Positions 26,516-38,699 of a stretch of 64,000 nucleotides of DNA are shown in pieces. The DNA comes from Eutreptiella sp. 'Long Island Sound 2002' (Eukaryota > Protista > Euglenida). A model generated the notes under the pieces. It did not search any database. It worked only from the letters and a program-made list of their open reading frames with translations, and was not told the origin of the DNA. The translations under genes and the position numbers were made by a program. Position 1 is the first letter of the stretch; each line of letters starts with the position of its first letter. The stretch covers positions 183,148,001 through 183,212,000 of the forward strand of contig OZ038378.1 of NCBI GenBank assembly GCA_964036045.1, written 5' to 3'.

Positions 26516-27410
26516 CCATGCATGGGAATTACATGCATGGGGATTACATGTATCGGGATTACATGTATGGGGATTAAATGCATGGGGATTACATTCGTGG
26601 GGACTACATGCAGGGATTAGATGCACGGGACAACATGTACAGGGATTAGATGCATGGACACTACGTGCATGCAGACCATACGCTTGGGGATCACATGTAT
26701 GGGGATTACATGCATGGGGATTACATGCACGGGGATGACATGTGTGGGAATTATATGCATGGGTATTACATTTGTGAGGATCACATTCGTGGGGATTACA
26801 TGCATGGGGATTAAATGCACGGGGATTACACGAATGGGGATGACATGCATGGGGATTACATGCATGGGGATGACATGTATGGGCGTTCCATGGATGGGCA
26901 TTACATGTATGGCGATTACATGTATGGGGATGACATGTATGGGGATGACATGTATGGGGATCATGTGCATGGGGATTATATGTACGGTGATTACACACTG
27001 GGATTACATGTATGGGGATTACATGCATGGGGATTACATGCATGGGGATTATATGTATGGGGAATACATGCATGGGGATGACATGTATGGGCGTTCCATG
27101 GATGGGCATTACATGTATGGCGATTACATGTATGGGGATGACATGTATGGGGATGACATGTATGGGGCTCATGTGCATGGGGATTATATGTACAGTGATT
27201 ACACACTGGGATTACATGTATGGGGATTACATGCATGGGGATTATTTGCATGGGGAATACATGCATGGGGATGACATGTATGGGCGTTCCATGGATGGGC
27301 ATTACATGTATGGCAATTACATGTATGGGGATGACATGTATGGGGATCATGTGCATGGGGATTATATGTACGGTGATTACACACTGGGATTACATGTATG
27401 GGGATTACAG
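26516..27410 (+). repeat. 15-bp minisatellite (consensus GGGGATTACATGCAT) with a higher-order repeat of ~193-208 bp
   Basis: About 60 diverged 15-mers. The landmark GGGCGTTCCATGGATGGG recurs at 26881, 27089 and 27282. Confidence 0.95.
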
Positions 27411-28120
27411 GGGTATTTTAGGCATGGAGGCATCGGCATGGGCATGGGTATGGCACGGTAATGAACAATTGTTGCCCCGAGACTATTTTCCTAGCAAAGG
27501 GGTCGGGTGGAGTGTGTTTGAATGTTTTGGTCGGAATGGGGCATTTGCCCTTCGTAGGAAATTGAAGTTTGCACAATATGGACCGTGGGAACACACACCC
27601 AAAGACATGCCCCATGATACCATAGACGTTGATCCTTCATCTAGCTCTTTGGCCACAAGGTCCGGTCCCCGAGTGGGCACCAAGAAGAGGAGGAGGGATA
27701 TTCTTGTGAGGATTTTGAAAACCAAACATGGGAAAGGAATTTACCATTGCACAAGCACACAAGACCCATTAGTTGCTCTGTGTTGTTACCTCACGTGGCC
27801 TGAACATGCTTTGCAAAGCCAAACACAGTCTTGCGGAAGTCAAACTGTTTTGGATGGTTTGGTAGGGGCTGCTTGGCGGGAGGCGTTTGCACGGTTGGCA
27901 TCAAGTCCGTCCGGCCAATCAATTTTCCGATTTTAACGTCTAAGCTCCCATGTTGTCTTGCATGTGAGGTGAGGTTACCGAACTACATGTGGGCAGAACG
28001 TATGCCCCACGCCTGTATTGTCCATATCTAAATCGGTTCAGTTATTGCACTCAGCTTCTCATGAGCAATTGTTATCGGCTGAAGAGTTTGTGCTAGTGCG
28101 AAGCGTGCTCTTGTAAGTTG

Positions 28121-28765
28121 GCATGCCTGTAATCGCCATGCATGTGATACCTATGCATGTAATCTGCCCACAGATGATGCCCATACACGTAATCCCCATT
28201 CGTGTAATCTCCATATATTTGCTGAGATTTTTTCATATGTTTGTTCAGATTATTTGGTGCTTTAGCTGTGGAGCCCTTGATACGCATGCTTGCATGCCAT
28301 GCATGCAATCCCCATGCATGCGACATACATGCAATACCCATACATGTAATCCCTTTACATGTAATCCCCACGCATGTAATCCCCATGCTTGTAATGCTAG
28401 TCCCTGTAATCCCCATGCATGTAAACCCCATGCATATAAATATAATCCCCATACATGTAATCTCCATGGGTTGTGTATGGGTTGTGTATGGGCCATGTGT
28501 GGGTTGCGTATGGGTCCTATATGGGTTGTGTATGGTTGTACATGTAATCCCCATGCATCGAATTATCATGCATTTAATCCCCATGCATGTAATCCCCATG
28601 CATGTAATCCCCATGCATGCCATCCCATACATACATGTAATCCCCATACATGTAACCCCCCTGCCCATAATCCCAATATATGTAGTCCCCAATAATGCCT
28701 GTACATGTGATCCCCATGCATGTAATTCCCATGCCAGTTACCCCAATTTATGTAATACCCATGGG
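28121..28765 (-). repeat. Same 15-bp minisatellite in inverted orientation
   Basis: ATGCATGTAATCCCC units. Includes the reverse complement (28466-28535) of the CCATACACAACC 12-mers that precede the left array (26483-26520). Further short + copies lie at ~28790-28885 and ~29525-29632. Confidence 0.9.
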
Positions 28766-29474
28766 GGTTGTTCAAGTCACGGTGCATCATGGACTAAATG
28801 TATGGGGACTACAGGCGATCACATGCATGGGATTTGCATGCATGAGGATTACATGTATAGGCATTGCATGTATGGGGATCACATGGGGGGGTTTGACCTA
28901 ATTAAGAAACAGACAAATGCAAACCAGAGGTAATGCACTCCACATCACATGGGGGGGGGGTTCAAACACCGTGACGTACCGTGTTCAACCTTGCACTCAT
29001 GGACACCACAATTGTGCCATGCAACGTAGGTCCATCATGCTGGATCAACCAAAGTTTAACCGTCAAGCTCATAATTGCACATGTGCAAAGCAAAAACCAC
29101 AACAGCCCTCCCTTACCCGCGTTCATCGTATAGCAGCCATCTGAGCCCACACTTTTTCATGTGCCGGCTCCTATACTCCAATTGCAAACAACATCACAAT
29201 CAGAAGCGCCTTGGGGAGTGTCCGCGAATCGCTAGGCCTCTTCTATCCACATTAACACATCGGTTTGGGTGAAAACATTTTCCAAAGCAAAAATGCTGGC
29301 AAACAAGGAAAAAAACATTCCCTTCCACCAATGGGAAGGGTAACCACGGATGGTGAGACCCCAAACCACAAACCGTTCAACGCTTGCACAAAGCAGGCAC
29401 GAAACAAATCGGACATTGTAGATAAGATGTGACTTGTCCCACGCGTACCACATACACTTGCACCAAAGCACTCA

Positions 29475-29984
29475 CTAGCGACCGGCACACCAGCTGCGCA
29501 TTGGGCGCCTTAGGGTGGATCCATCTATGGGGATCACATGCATGGGGATTACATGCATGGGGATTATAGGCATGCAAATTACATGCATGGGATTTGATGC
29601 ATGGAGACGACATGTATTGGGATTACATGTAGGGGGTTGGGGGAGGGGGGGGGCGGGCACATTACACACCGCGAAACTGGGGCGCGGTAGAGAGCCGTTG
29701 TTGTTGCACGTTCCGTCGCCAGTGAAATTTTGCTGCGTTCCGCTTCCGGAGCAAGACGGGTTGGTCCAAGTGGTGTGGACAACACTGCTGCTACTACAAG
29801 ATGAAAATTGGAAACTCACCACCCCAAGAGCATAACATTCATTGAGTTTGTATTGGGACCAACTATACGAATATATTGGGCCACTGCAATCCGTGCTTGA
29901 GTACTCCTGCACCTCACATTCACAATAATTCGCCGCGGTCGGCAAAACGAACAACAATGTGATCACGGGTAGCAATTGAAACAT
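29475..29984 (-). CDS. Putative secreted cysteine-rich protein; C-terminus runs into the 15-bp minisatellite
   Basis: Signal-peptide-like MFQLLPVITLLFVLPTAA. Eight Cys in ~90 aa, with an internal repeat (YSSTDCSG..NEC / WTNPSCSG..GTC). Acceptor-like tctttag lies 12 nt upstream of the ATG. Confidence 0.55.
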   Translation of the reverse strand: MFQLLPVITLLFVLPTAANYCECEVQEYSSTDCSGPIYSYSWSQYKLNECYALGVVSFQFSSCSSSSVVHTTWTNPSCSGSGTQQNFTGDGTCNNNGSLPRPSFAVCNVPAPPLPQPPTCNPNTCRLHASNPMHVICMPIIPMHVIPMHVIPIDGSTLRRPMRSWCAGR

Positions 29985-31936
29985 GTTGCATGTGACCTAA
30001 AGACACACAACACGAAATCGCAAACACATTCATGGTTACGTGGCTAAACATAATTTCCCCTCGGGAAAAATTAAATTTATCGTAGGTAGGCGCATTGCGA
30101 GATCATCGGAATCTCTCCATGAAATTATATTCTCGGCCACACACAAATTGCGGTAAAGAGCGTTTGGCTATGTGTGACCGACAGGATACTTTAGGGCAAC
30201 ACGGGCAACAAAAGGAGGATTCTCATATTTTGCCACCTGCGCTGCCAAAAAGTATCAAAGTGTTTCAATAGAAACCGAACAACGTGTATGAGATATGGTT
30301 TGAAGTCAGGAAAAATGGGTACTCTCTGTTGCTCGCAAATTTTCTTCAAGGCAATGGCCATTTGAGAGCACTACTTTGCTTTTGCTTTTCTCATACCAGT
30401 TTCGTACGTGGGATGAGCCGGTTCAATTCCACACCATGAGGCTTGAAGGTAGCGCCGACACGCATTAGCTTGATGTCCGCTGCATGTGGTGCTCGAAAGT
30501 GTAAAACCATTTTTCAAGGAACCATGCAAGTTCATCAAAACATTGCTGGCGAATGACGTGTGGTCTGCATCCTCGAAAGCATGCAACGCACAGGAATTGG
30601 ACACAGCATGGCGAGTGGGAACACGCGGTAATATTTTTCGTACACGAGCGGGAATCGTTCTTGCGGGTTCGATGTGTTGCCGCATGTATGTGCAACGAAA
30701 TGGCCAAAGGCATTGCGTTGCACCTGAGTTGGTGCAATATGTAACATAGACACGAGTGCAATATGCGGGTTTTGCATGTATTGCACGAAGAACGACGAAA
30801 GTATCGAAAAAGGCACTCGCACAAACTCACATGAGGCTGAGAGTGCTCACATAGGATGAACTTTCCGGCGCTCATACTAGTATTTTGAGTTTACGCGCAT
30901 AGGAACGCCCATCGTCCACAACCCCTGCGATGATTTTCTTTGTGAGTCTAAGTGACGGCTCCGACTCGAGCAATCTTGTGAAACTGCTTGCCTCAATGAA
31001 CAGCAAAGGTGTGATTAGAATTGAGCCCGACTTTCCCACCTCCGGGCTTCTTGATATCATATGTCTTGGTATGGTAGACCGCAACTTGGCCGGCACAAAA
31101 AATATCAAAATATCATTCACACTTTTGGTGCGTCCGCGGTACATTTTGCGTTCCTGGGTGACTAGCTCATCATTTCCCGGAGCCGGCAGGAAGTCGAAAG
31201 TTGCAAAACACAGGAGAAATCAAAGGATGACGCTTCATGCAAAGGAAGGTTGCAACACCGATCTTGTGAGGAACATGGTTCGGGGTTGCATCACGTCCTT
31301 CCTTGCCGATTTGTGATGAATAGTTGATCCCGCTCGACGTTCTTTGACCGTGGGGAAATCACGTTTTAGCCTCAGTACTTCACATGCCTTGGTATTGGAG
31401 GTTGCATGCTGACCATTATATCGACGAATGTAAATATGTGGAGGTGTGACCGACTAAGTGCTGGGCTAAGTGTTCGATGTAAAGTAGGCGAAAGATAGTT
31501 TGCAACATGGTAATGCTCTATTTTATGCCCTCACGCCTTGGACTCCGAAAGTGAAAAATCATCAAAAGGCTTCCGTGTGGCGCGTGGATCTAATACGTCC
31601 CCATGTCACTGACGTGTGCAAATGGGAAGGCTCCAAAAGTGATGTTCCGTGACGTTGCGAACGTCGCGAACGGTTGCGACCGCTATGCTAGCTTTTCGTC
31701 TTGAAAATAACCTCAGAAAATCCAATGAATCCTCCACTGAGATGTGACCGATTATGGATTGGAATCGAAAAATACGTGCCCACACAAAAGTGCATGGATA
31801 TGCTGTTGTGACCAACTGTGCGTCAAAATCAAGTCAGTACCCACGTTGAATCAAATTATCAAACCAGTGGGACGCCGCGCGTGATCTGTAACTGAATATG
31901 CCGCAGGTGCACGAATTTGGTGCGGAAAAGGGTACC

Positions 31937-33363
31937 GGGGGAGCTAGGTGGGTATCCTAAAAGTGGTGGAAGGAAAAACCCTCATATGGGTATATCTTGG
32001 GGACCCAAAAAGCTCATATGGGTATATTTTGGGGGGGATGGGGGAGGGGTTTTGTGACTTGACTCGGACCTCAGCAGTGGCAAACCCAACCTCACACAGG
32101 CAAACCCTGATGGAACATAAAACTCAGACATGAAATTTGAAATGTCCTTAGTTCTTCGACACTTGAGCCCGCCACTCCAAAAGCTGCTTACACTGATGCA
32201 ACTCAGCTAGCAAAAGTTGTTCACCACATGCAGTCCGAGCATACAACTGAGCCAAGTGAGTATCAACCTGCTGAATCATCAAAAGCATATCACTTGCAAC
32301 TTGTGCGGGAGCTTGTGTGGATGATGGCGTGGGATTGGGAGGAGGTGGGGGTTGAGTGGCTTGTTGGGCAACCGGTTGTGTCATATCTTGCACCTCTGCT
32401 GGGGTAACTTGCTGTGCCTGTTTCTTGTTCCGATAATCATGGTGGTTCTTGAGTGCTACACGATCACGTGGATTCAAGTCATACTGCAAACCCTCAACCC
32501 AACCATCCGCCCTGAGAACATTGTTCCAGAGAAGTGTCATGGCAGGAAAATCTACCGAGTCACCTTTTGGAAAGCGAGGAGCAAGGATAGAAAACAATGC
32601 CTTCTCGGAATCATTCCACTTGAGGCGTGTGACACATTGCTTCTTGGAATGCAAATATTCTGTGGCACTCACGGATCATTACGCATGTTGGTATTGAGGT
32701 TGGTGTGGGGCACCACAAAATCAGGTCTCACCATCTTTTGTTTTTCACCAAGCTTGTCCCGGGTCACCTTGTCTATTTGCTTAACAAATTGCGGGGTTTG
32801 GTACTGCGGCCGTTGCATTGCCTCGGTTCCTACCCGTTGTTGCTTGATGGGCTCATCATCATCCGAGGACTCATACTCCACTTCTTCCTCAATGACTCCT
32901 TGACCTCCTGGGCCCTCCATGTGGTCTAAATATCAAAGATACAACACATAACAAGCACAAAATGCAAAAAAAAAACGACCTCAAATAACTCCTTGTACAT
33001 GCATGGTTCGGCTGCGAAACTCGGTATGTATCATTGCCCAATGGTCCTTGTGACTTGATGAATGTATCTCCAAAATTTCAAATAATGGTGTCAAGTTATG
33101 GTTACGTCGTCCAATCAAGGGTATATTCGTCGAAAAACAATCATTCATGGTTTAATATGAATGCGTTAACCATTTTGCACCGTAATTTCTGTTAAATTCT
33201 TTTGCGTTCTCATTTTTCGTCTGTGGTACTTCAGCGGCTGAACAGGCGCGGCGCCGCGGCTTAAATCTGGCTTAAGCCGCGGCGCCGGCTGGCTTAAGCC
33301 GCGGCGCCGCGGCTTAAGCCAGGCGCCGGACTGGCTTAAGCCGAATACCCACCTAGCTCCCCC
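31937..33363 (-). mobile_element. TIR element (1427 bp) with perfect 19-bp TIRs and a palindromic subterminal block
   Basis: GGGGGAGCTAGGTGGGTAT at 31937-31955; its exact reverse complement at 33345-33363. No TSD recognised. Confidence 0.8.
32148..32920 (-). pseudogene. Myb/SANT (trihelix/MADF)-like DNA-binding protein, split by a frameshift at ~32672
   Basis: ATG at 32920 with an acidic N-terminus (EEEVEYESSDDDE). A second frame carries LKWNDSEKALF...DFPAMTLLWNN...RDRVALKNHHDYRNKK, then a Q/P linker and a helical tail. Confidence 0.45.
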
Positions 33364-34047
33364 TCTACCCGGAAAAGTGGAATTGAGTGAGTTTCATCGC
33401 CGCCGAGAACCGCGTTCAGGAATCATGAACAGAAGTCGGTGGAATGAAATTAGCTTCTTTACAGCAGCAACCATGAGTATCACCTCATTCTGTAGGAAAT
33501 CGCCTCTGTAATTGGCTAACCACTGTCCCCGGTGCTGCTGTTAACTTGCGTGCACGAAGCAGATTGTGGTTTTCCACAACGAGATACTGGTTGCACGAAT
33601 GATTATGATATTAATCAACTCACCTGCACCTTCCATGATTAGAGTACAGTTGAGGCATCCCGCTGAGAAAAGGTTATCGCGATCGGAAGGGTTGGTTTAA
33701 AGCTACCGTGCGGATACCCCGCTTCTGTTGTTTGGACCACGGGCAGAAATTCTGCTTCACGCGTAGGATTTTGCTCGGAACGGTGGAAATTACTTACTTA
33801 CTTAGATACTCGATATCACTCTAAACTAGGCCTTGCAATCAATTCTCTTCTGCCTGTGAAGTTGCCCGAAGCACGAAGGTAGAAAATAGATTTATCAACG
33901 AGTGAAAAAGGGTGGCCTCAACTTGCACACTTTTTGGTCGTTTCAGCAACGAGCAAGCAACACATCCCCGTGATAGCTGTGTCTGGCTACAAATACCATT
34001 TGTTATGGTTCCTCCAGTCGAATATGGATTGATGCCCCGGGCTCTGC

Positions 34048-34575
34048 ATGTCCTTGGCGGTTCTTGTGGAGGGTGCTGGAAGTGATGCGGTGGAGGAGGT
34101 GGTAGAGAAAATCTATGAACACTGCCAACAGGCGGCCACAACTGCAATACCACAAGCAGGTGGTGTTGTTCTTTCCTTTGAGTCTGCCGCGGCAACGGGT
34201 CTAGTGGTTGACCACAAGACAATCCGGATAGATGGACGGGATTTTGCCCTGAAGCCGATCACCTGCCCACTCAGTGCTTCGGCTGGCTCCGGCTCTGGCT
34301 CTGGCTCCGGCTCCGGCTCCCCTTCACGACCAGTCGCAGAGATTCCTCGCCCAACACCCCCGCTGGAAGAACACTTGGCTGTGCCTGGTCGGGCTCGATC
34401 ACGATCAGGGTCTGTGGCTTCAGGTGCTTCTGCCACTCAGAGCTGCCGTGACGACACTGGGGCCACAAAACTGTGGCCCAAGGACAAAACTGCAGAGCGG
34501 AAACGGCTTTGTAACGTCTACCCACAGCTCCGCAGACTTCTCTGCTTGATAGGTGTGGCGCACCACTGTCCGTGA
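34048..34575 (+). CDS. Possible RRM-like ORF (transposon ORF1-like or gene fragment)
   Basis: LAVLVEG..DAVEEVVEKIYEHC..GGVVLSFESAAATGLVVDHKTIRIDGRDFALKP has a beta-alpha-beta-beta-alpha-beta pattern. TTG start; no clear gene context. Confidence 0.3.
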   Translation: MSLAVLVEGAGSDAVEEVVEKIYEHCQQAATTAIPQAGGVVLSFESAAATGLVVDHKTIRIDGRDFALKPITCPLSASAGSGSGSGSGSGSPSRPVAEIPRPTPPLEEHLAVPGRARSRSGSVASGASATQSCRDDTGATKLWPKDKTAERKRLCNVYPQLRRLLCLIGVAHHCP

Positions 34576-37206
34576 GGCTCGTGGTTCGGAACCTCGTTCC
34601 TGTCCAATGCTTCATCTCCTGCAACAGGTTTTGCCGTTGGCGCAGCACTCAGTGTGTTAGGGGCTGTACATGTCTACACCGAGTTAGGGACGGGTATCGA
34701 TGGATATCAACTTTTCGCCCGCAGGATGTTTCCGTACTGGATGGTCTTTGCAGGTGTGCGTGAGCGGTTTGGGTTTCTAAAGCATCCTGTGCCTACACCA
34801 ATTTCCAATGTTGCTTAGCTGACGACACGTAGGTGCCACACGTGCGCCCCACCGTGGTTGCTCCCGTCTGGATCCACAAGACCCATCCAGAAGTCAAGTT
34901 GATGTGCTGCTTTCCTCACGCTGTTCTTCAAGGGCTACAAATTGCATACGTGGAGCTTGTCCGGCTCAAGCCTACTTTCCAGCTGGGCAATCTGGCGCCC
35001 AACGCCAGCTTCCGACACCGAGGCAGCCGCGCACTTATTTTCGTCCTGGTTGGCTCCCTGGCTTTGGACCTCGGGAACGTTATATCAATGGCTGTTGGAT
35101 TCGCTTCGATGTTAACAGGCTGCTTGAATATCCTGTTCATCGTGTGGGGTAGTTTAATGGGGTGCTTGTACAAAAACAGCCGTACGGAAGTTGAGGTAAC
35201 GTTGCATAGATGACTTGCCTGTGTTGCAGTGCGTTCACGTAGTTGGGGGCGATGGTGACGAAGTTGGCTCCAGTTGTGGGTTTTGCGAAGTGAGCCGCAT
35301 GTTTGTGCAAAGTTGAATAAAAAATCTGCGTGCAAAAAAACAAAACCCCCTCCTTCCCCTGAGGCTTGTGAAAAGCTGGATTCCGGAGCATCCCTACAGC
35401 TTTGAAAAAAAAAAGGCACAGCAACTGCAACCTGTGTTACTCTTACCTTGATTGGCCATGCCTTAGGGCAATTGATGCAACCACCAACGATTCGGTTGTG
35501 CAGAGCTCAACCCAAACCTGTGTTTCCTAAGCCAACGTTCACTGTTGAGATGATGCTGACTGGATATTTGGTGGGGGAGATATCGCTTCACCATTTCACT
35601 CTCATCAGGAGACGCATTCTCAGTCCTCTTTGGGAGTACGGTCCCAAGTATCCACTGTGTTGCCTGGGCAGCGCAGCCCTGGTACAATCTCAGCGCAACC
35701 GCAGACGATGGCCACGCCTGTTTGAACACAGGTTGCAGTCCCGTGTTTGGTGACCAAGCCCAGACGGACACGATCTCTTTCACTGCAATTGGAAAGTGAT
35801 TCCTGCTGTGAGTGAATCCTGGAGGAATGAGAAACCTTGGCATGCAATGTTTATGATAGTGCCAGCTGTTGCAGAGTTGTCTGTTTTACGGGCAAAACAA
35901 CCTGCGGTGGGCGGATCGTTGATGAGCAGCTGGGGACACGACGACACGGATATTTCGGGATGCGGGAGAATTTCAGGGGTTTACCAGGGTTAAGCAGCTG
36001 TTTCGATGACAAAGTGAGAGACTGCTTGACGTGAAAACTAGAAATTGGAATTTGAACTGCTGGTGTCCGTGGAGGCCTGAACACGGATTCGAGCACGGTA
36101 AATGTTCAACAGGTGGTGTTGATGATTCACTTGGGCATGATTGTGTGATGAGTTGGTCAAATTCCAGTGGTGCCTCAGTCGTCGCAGAGCATCCACCCTG
36201 ACCCTAGTAAGGCTTTGCTCTTATTATTCATTTACCCTTTACATAGGGGTGCTCCCAACTTTGTTGCTCAGTGACCTTTTCAAGTGACCTTGACAGCCAA
36301 TGTATGCGTTCGGAATGACATCCTCAAAAGCTCAAACCTGACCCATGATCAATGGTGCAAGGAATGGATTGTGAGACCAATCTGGAGTTTGGGAGAGTCT
36401 AAGTCCCTGTAGCATTTTGATTTGGCTTTTTGCTGCTCCTGCTGAGCCCCATGGGAGCTGGCAAAATGGGAGCTGGATTTCATCTTTGTGTTTTCCAGGA
36501 TTCCAATCACAACGAATGACCCAGGAGGCACAACGAATGCAACGAGTTTCACTTTTAGTTCATTTGATTCGCCTTTCTCTTCCTCCGCCTTTCACCATTA
36601 CATTTGATTGTTGAACCCATGGCTCAAGTGACAACACCAAGCTTTATTATGCGCAAGGGATCCCGTGAGCTGTAGCCCAGATGTTCTGCAACAAACTCGG
36701 CACTCCAGTTCCACTCCATCCTCCGAATCTGCATCCACACACATGCCAGACCTGGTGCACAACGCCAACCTCCACCTTCCCCACAGCTCTGAAAACACTG
36801 TCATGGCAGCAGGCGCACCTGGAAGGGAGCCAAAACGCCTCCCCCTCTGAGACAAGTCAGACATCTCCCAGGGTTCCAGGGAGTGCTCTTCTGATCTGGC
36901 GCGTTTTGCGTTCAAAATCTGCAGAGGGGAGGAAAGGTGTCACTGGCCTGTGCAGCCCCACTCTGATGTACGCTGCCGTGTTTCTCTCAAGAGCACGCTT
37001 TGACACGGTGTGCTGGGTGCGAAAAAGCAGTGATTCCCCCCAAAACGTCTTGCTGATTGCTGTTTGGAATCTTCTACGCGTCAAAACAGCACGTCCACGG
37101 GCAGAAGAAGTTTCAAATGGCAGCCTCTACCACTGGTTGCAAGAGTTGATTTTATGTCATTTCACATGGGGGAATTGGCAAAAATATTCTCTGAACACAA
37201 GAAATT

Positions 37207-37458
37207 GTGTCCACTTTTGAAATCCTGAAACCCCCAAAGCTCAAAAACACCATACGCACATGTTTGTACATGTTTGTAGGCCCCATTGGGCAAGCCTGCA
37301 ATAAACCATACAAACGATGGTGTATTTTGTGCAAGAAGGGACACCCCAGGATTGCAACACATTATTGCAGTGATGGTCACGGAATCTGTGTTCCAGCGGC
37401 CAGTGCGGGACTCAACCGTTTCTCCCACAGACACGCAAAATATGGCGAGACCACATAG
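37207..37458 (+). pseudogene. Possible C-terminal Cys-rich finger of a decayed piggyBac-like transposase
   Basis: KRWCILCKKGHPRIATHYCSDGHGICVP...FSHRH resembles the piggyBac CRD spacing. Upstream frames are heavily interrupted (weak CDELVKFQ at ~36143). Confidence 0.3.
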
Positions 37459-38699
37459 TTTTGCTCAGGGATACGTTTGGCACACGTGTTGATGGCGAAG
37501 TTTTCCCGTTAGCGAAGTTCGGACCTAGCCCGAGCAACCCCTCCTTGTGTGCAAGCACGGCGTTTTTGAGGCGCAGGATCCCCAGCTGACCATTGCTTTC
37601 TTTGACCAGGGCAAGGAGAGTATGGGGCAGGATGTCAAGAAACCTTTGTGACTGGAAGTGCTTGTGAGCTTGAGCAAAGAGATCAATGCCATGTTTTTCT
37701 GGGAGGTCTGCAAGCCTGGTCATTCAACAAAACAGCTTGTTCCTTGCATCCCAATATTTGTTCCTATAAACATCGATTTTATCAGCTGTGGCTCCTCACT
37801 CACGCACACCTCAACAGAGGGGCTTGCCAATGTGTATTCAGACACCAAAAGGATGTGTGCCCACTGGGTTAGATAGAAAGCATCGGAGTGTTGTTTTGCA
37901 GTTATTAGGTTGGCACAGCTTGTAGAATAGCCCCAACAAGGGCATGATGAAGTTGTAGGGCAGGAGGGTGCAGAGTTGGGATTGCAGGAAATGTCAAAGG
38001 ATAGGGTGAGAGGATGATGACACGTTCTGTGAGTACAGGGCTGGCAGCCATTCAGGAGGTGCAATAATATCTACTGCACACAAACTGGATATGTCTTGCA
38101 TGCATCACAAAACTGGATGGATTAATTGTTCCCTAACTCCCTTGCTGGATTGCAGTGGTCATCTGAATCAGTATCCTGGTTGGAAACTTGGAGTTAACAT
38201 CTGGCGAAACCCCAGATGGGATGGATTTTCTGTGCTCCTCCAATACAATCTCAGAAATGATTTGCGGTGCCTCCTCTTCCGTGCAAGAATGGTGCCTGTC
38301 AATTGAGCCGCCCCCCAAGTTGAAAACCCACCACCCCCAATCCTGATATCAATCTTGATCCCAAGCAAGTAGAGCAAATCACAATGTATGTTGCAGCCCA
38401 CCTGACCACTCTGTACACCCCCCTCTTCCCAGTTGCACAGCTCCTCCTCATGGCGTGGGGGCATGGGCAGCCAGACACAATTGTCCATCTTCAACGGGAC
38501 GTTCTTCAAAAATGTCCTTCTCTCGACAAGATCTGACAGGAAGTGGCTCCATCTTTATTGACGTTGATTGATGAATTGATGAGCGAGAGAACCAGAATGT
38601 CATGGTCTCACATGCAGCTACTCTAGCTACTCTGTGCTGGTAGACTCCAGACTCTCAATTGCAATTGCACTTGTATTTGTAAGCCAATTGTAGCCACTT

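Noticed and set aside
26179-28933. Long ORFs with GITCM / DYMHG / HVIPM / CNPHA pentapeptide repeats (200+ aa)
   Set aside because: The 15-bp monomer is stop-free in five of six frames, so these ORFs arise automatically on both strands. There is no evidence for a preferred frame.
30371-31450. Possible transposase remnant with Cys-rich segments
   Set aside because: Protein-like pieces fall in several frames, but no catalytic motif could be ordered, so no call is supported.
31930-33370. TSD for the 19-bp TIR element
   Set aside because: The flanks (GGGTACC / TCTACCC) give no matching 2-9 bp direct repeat, so the superfamily was left unassigned.
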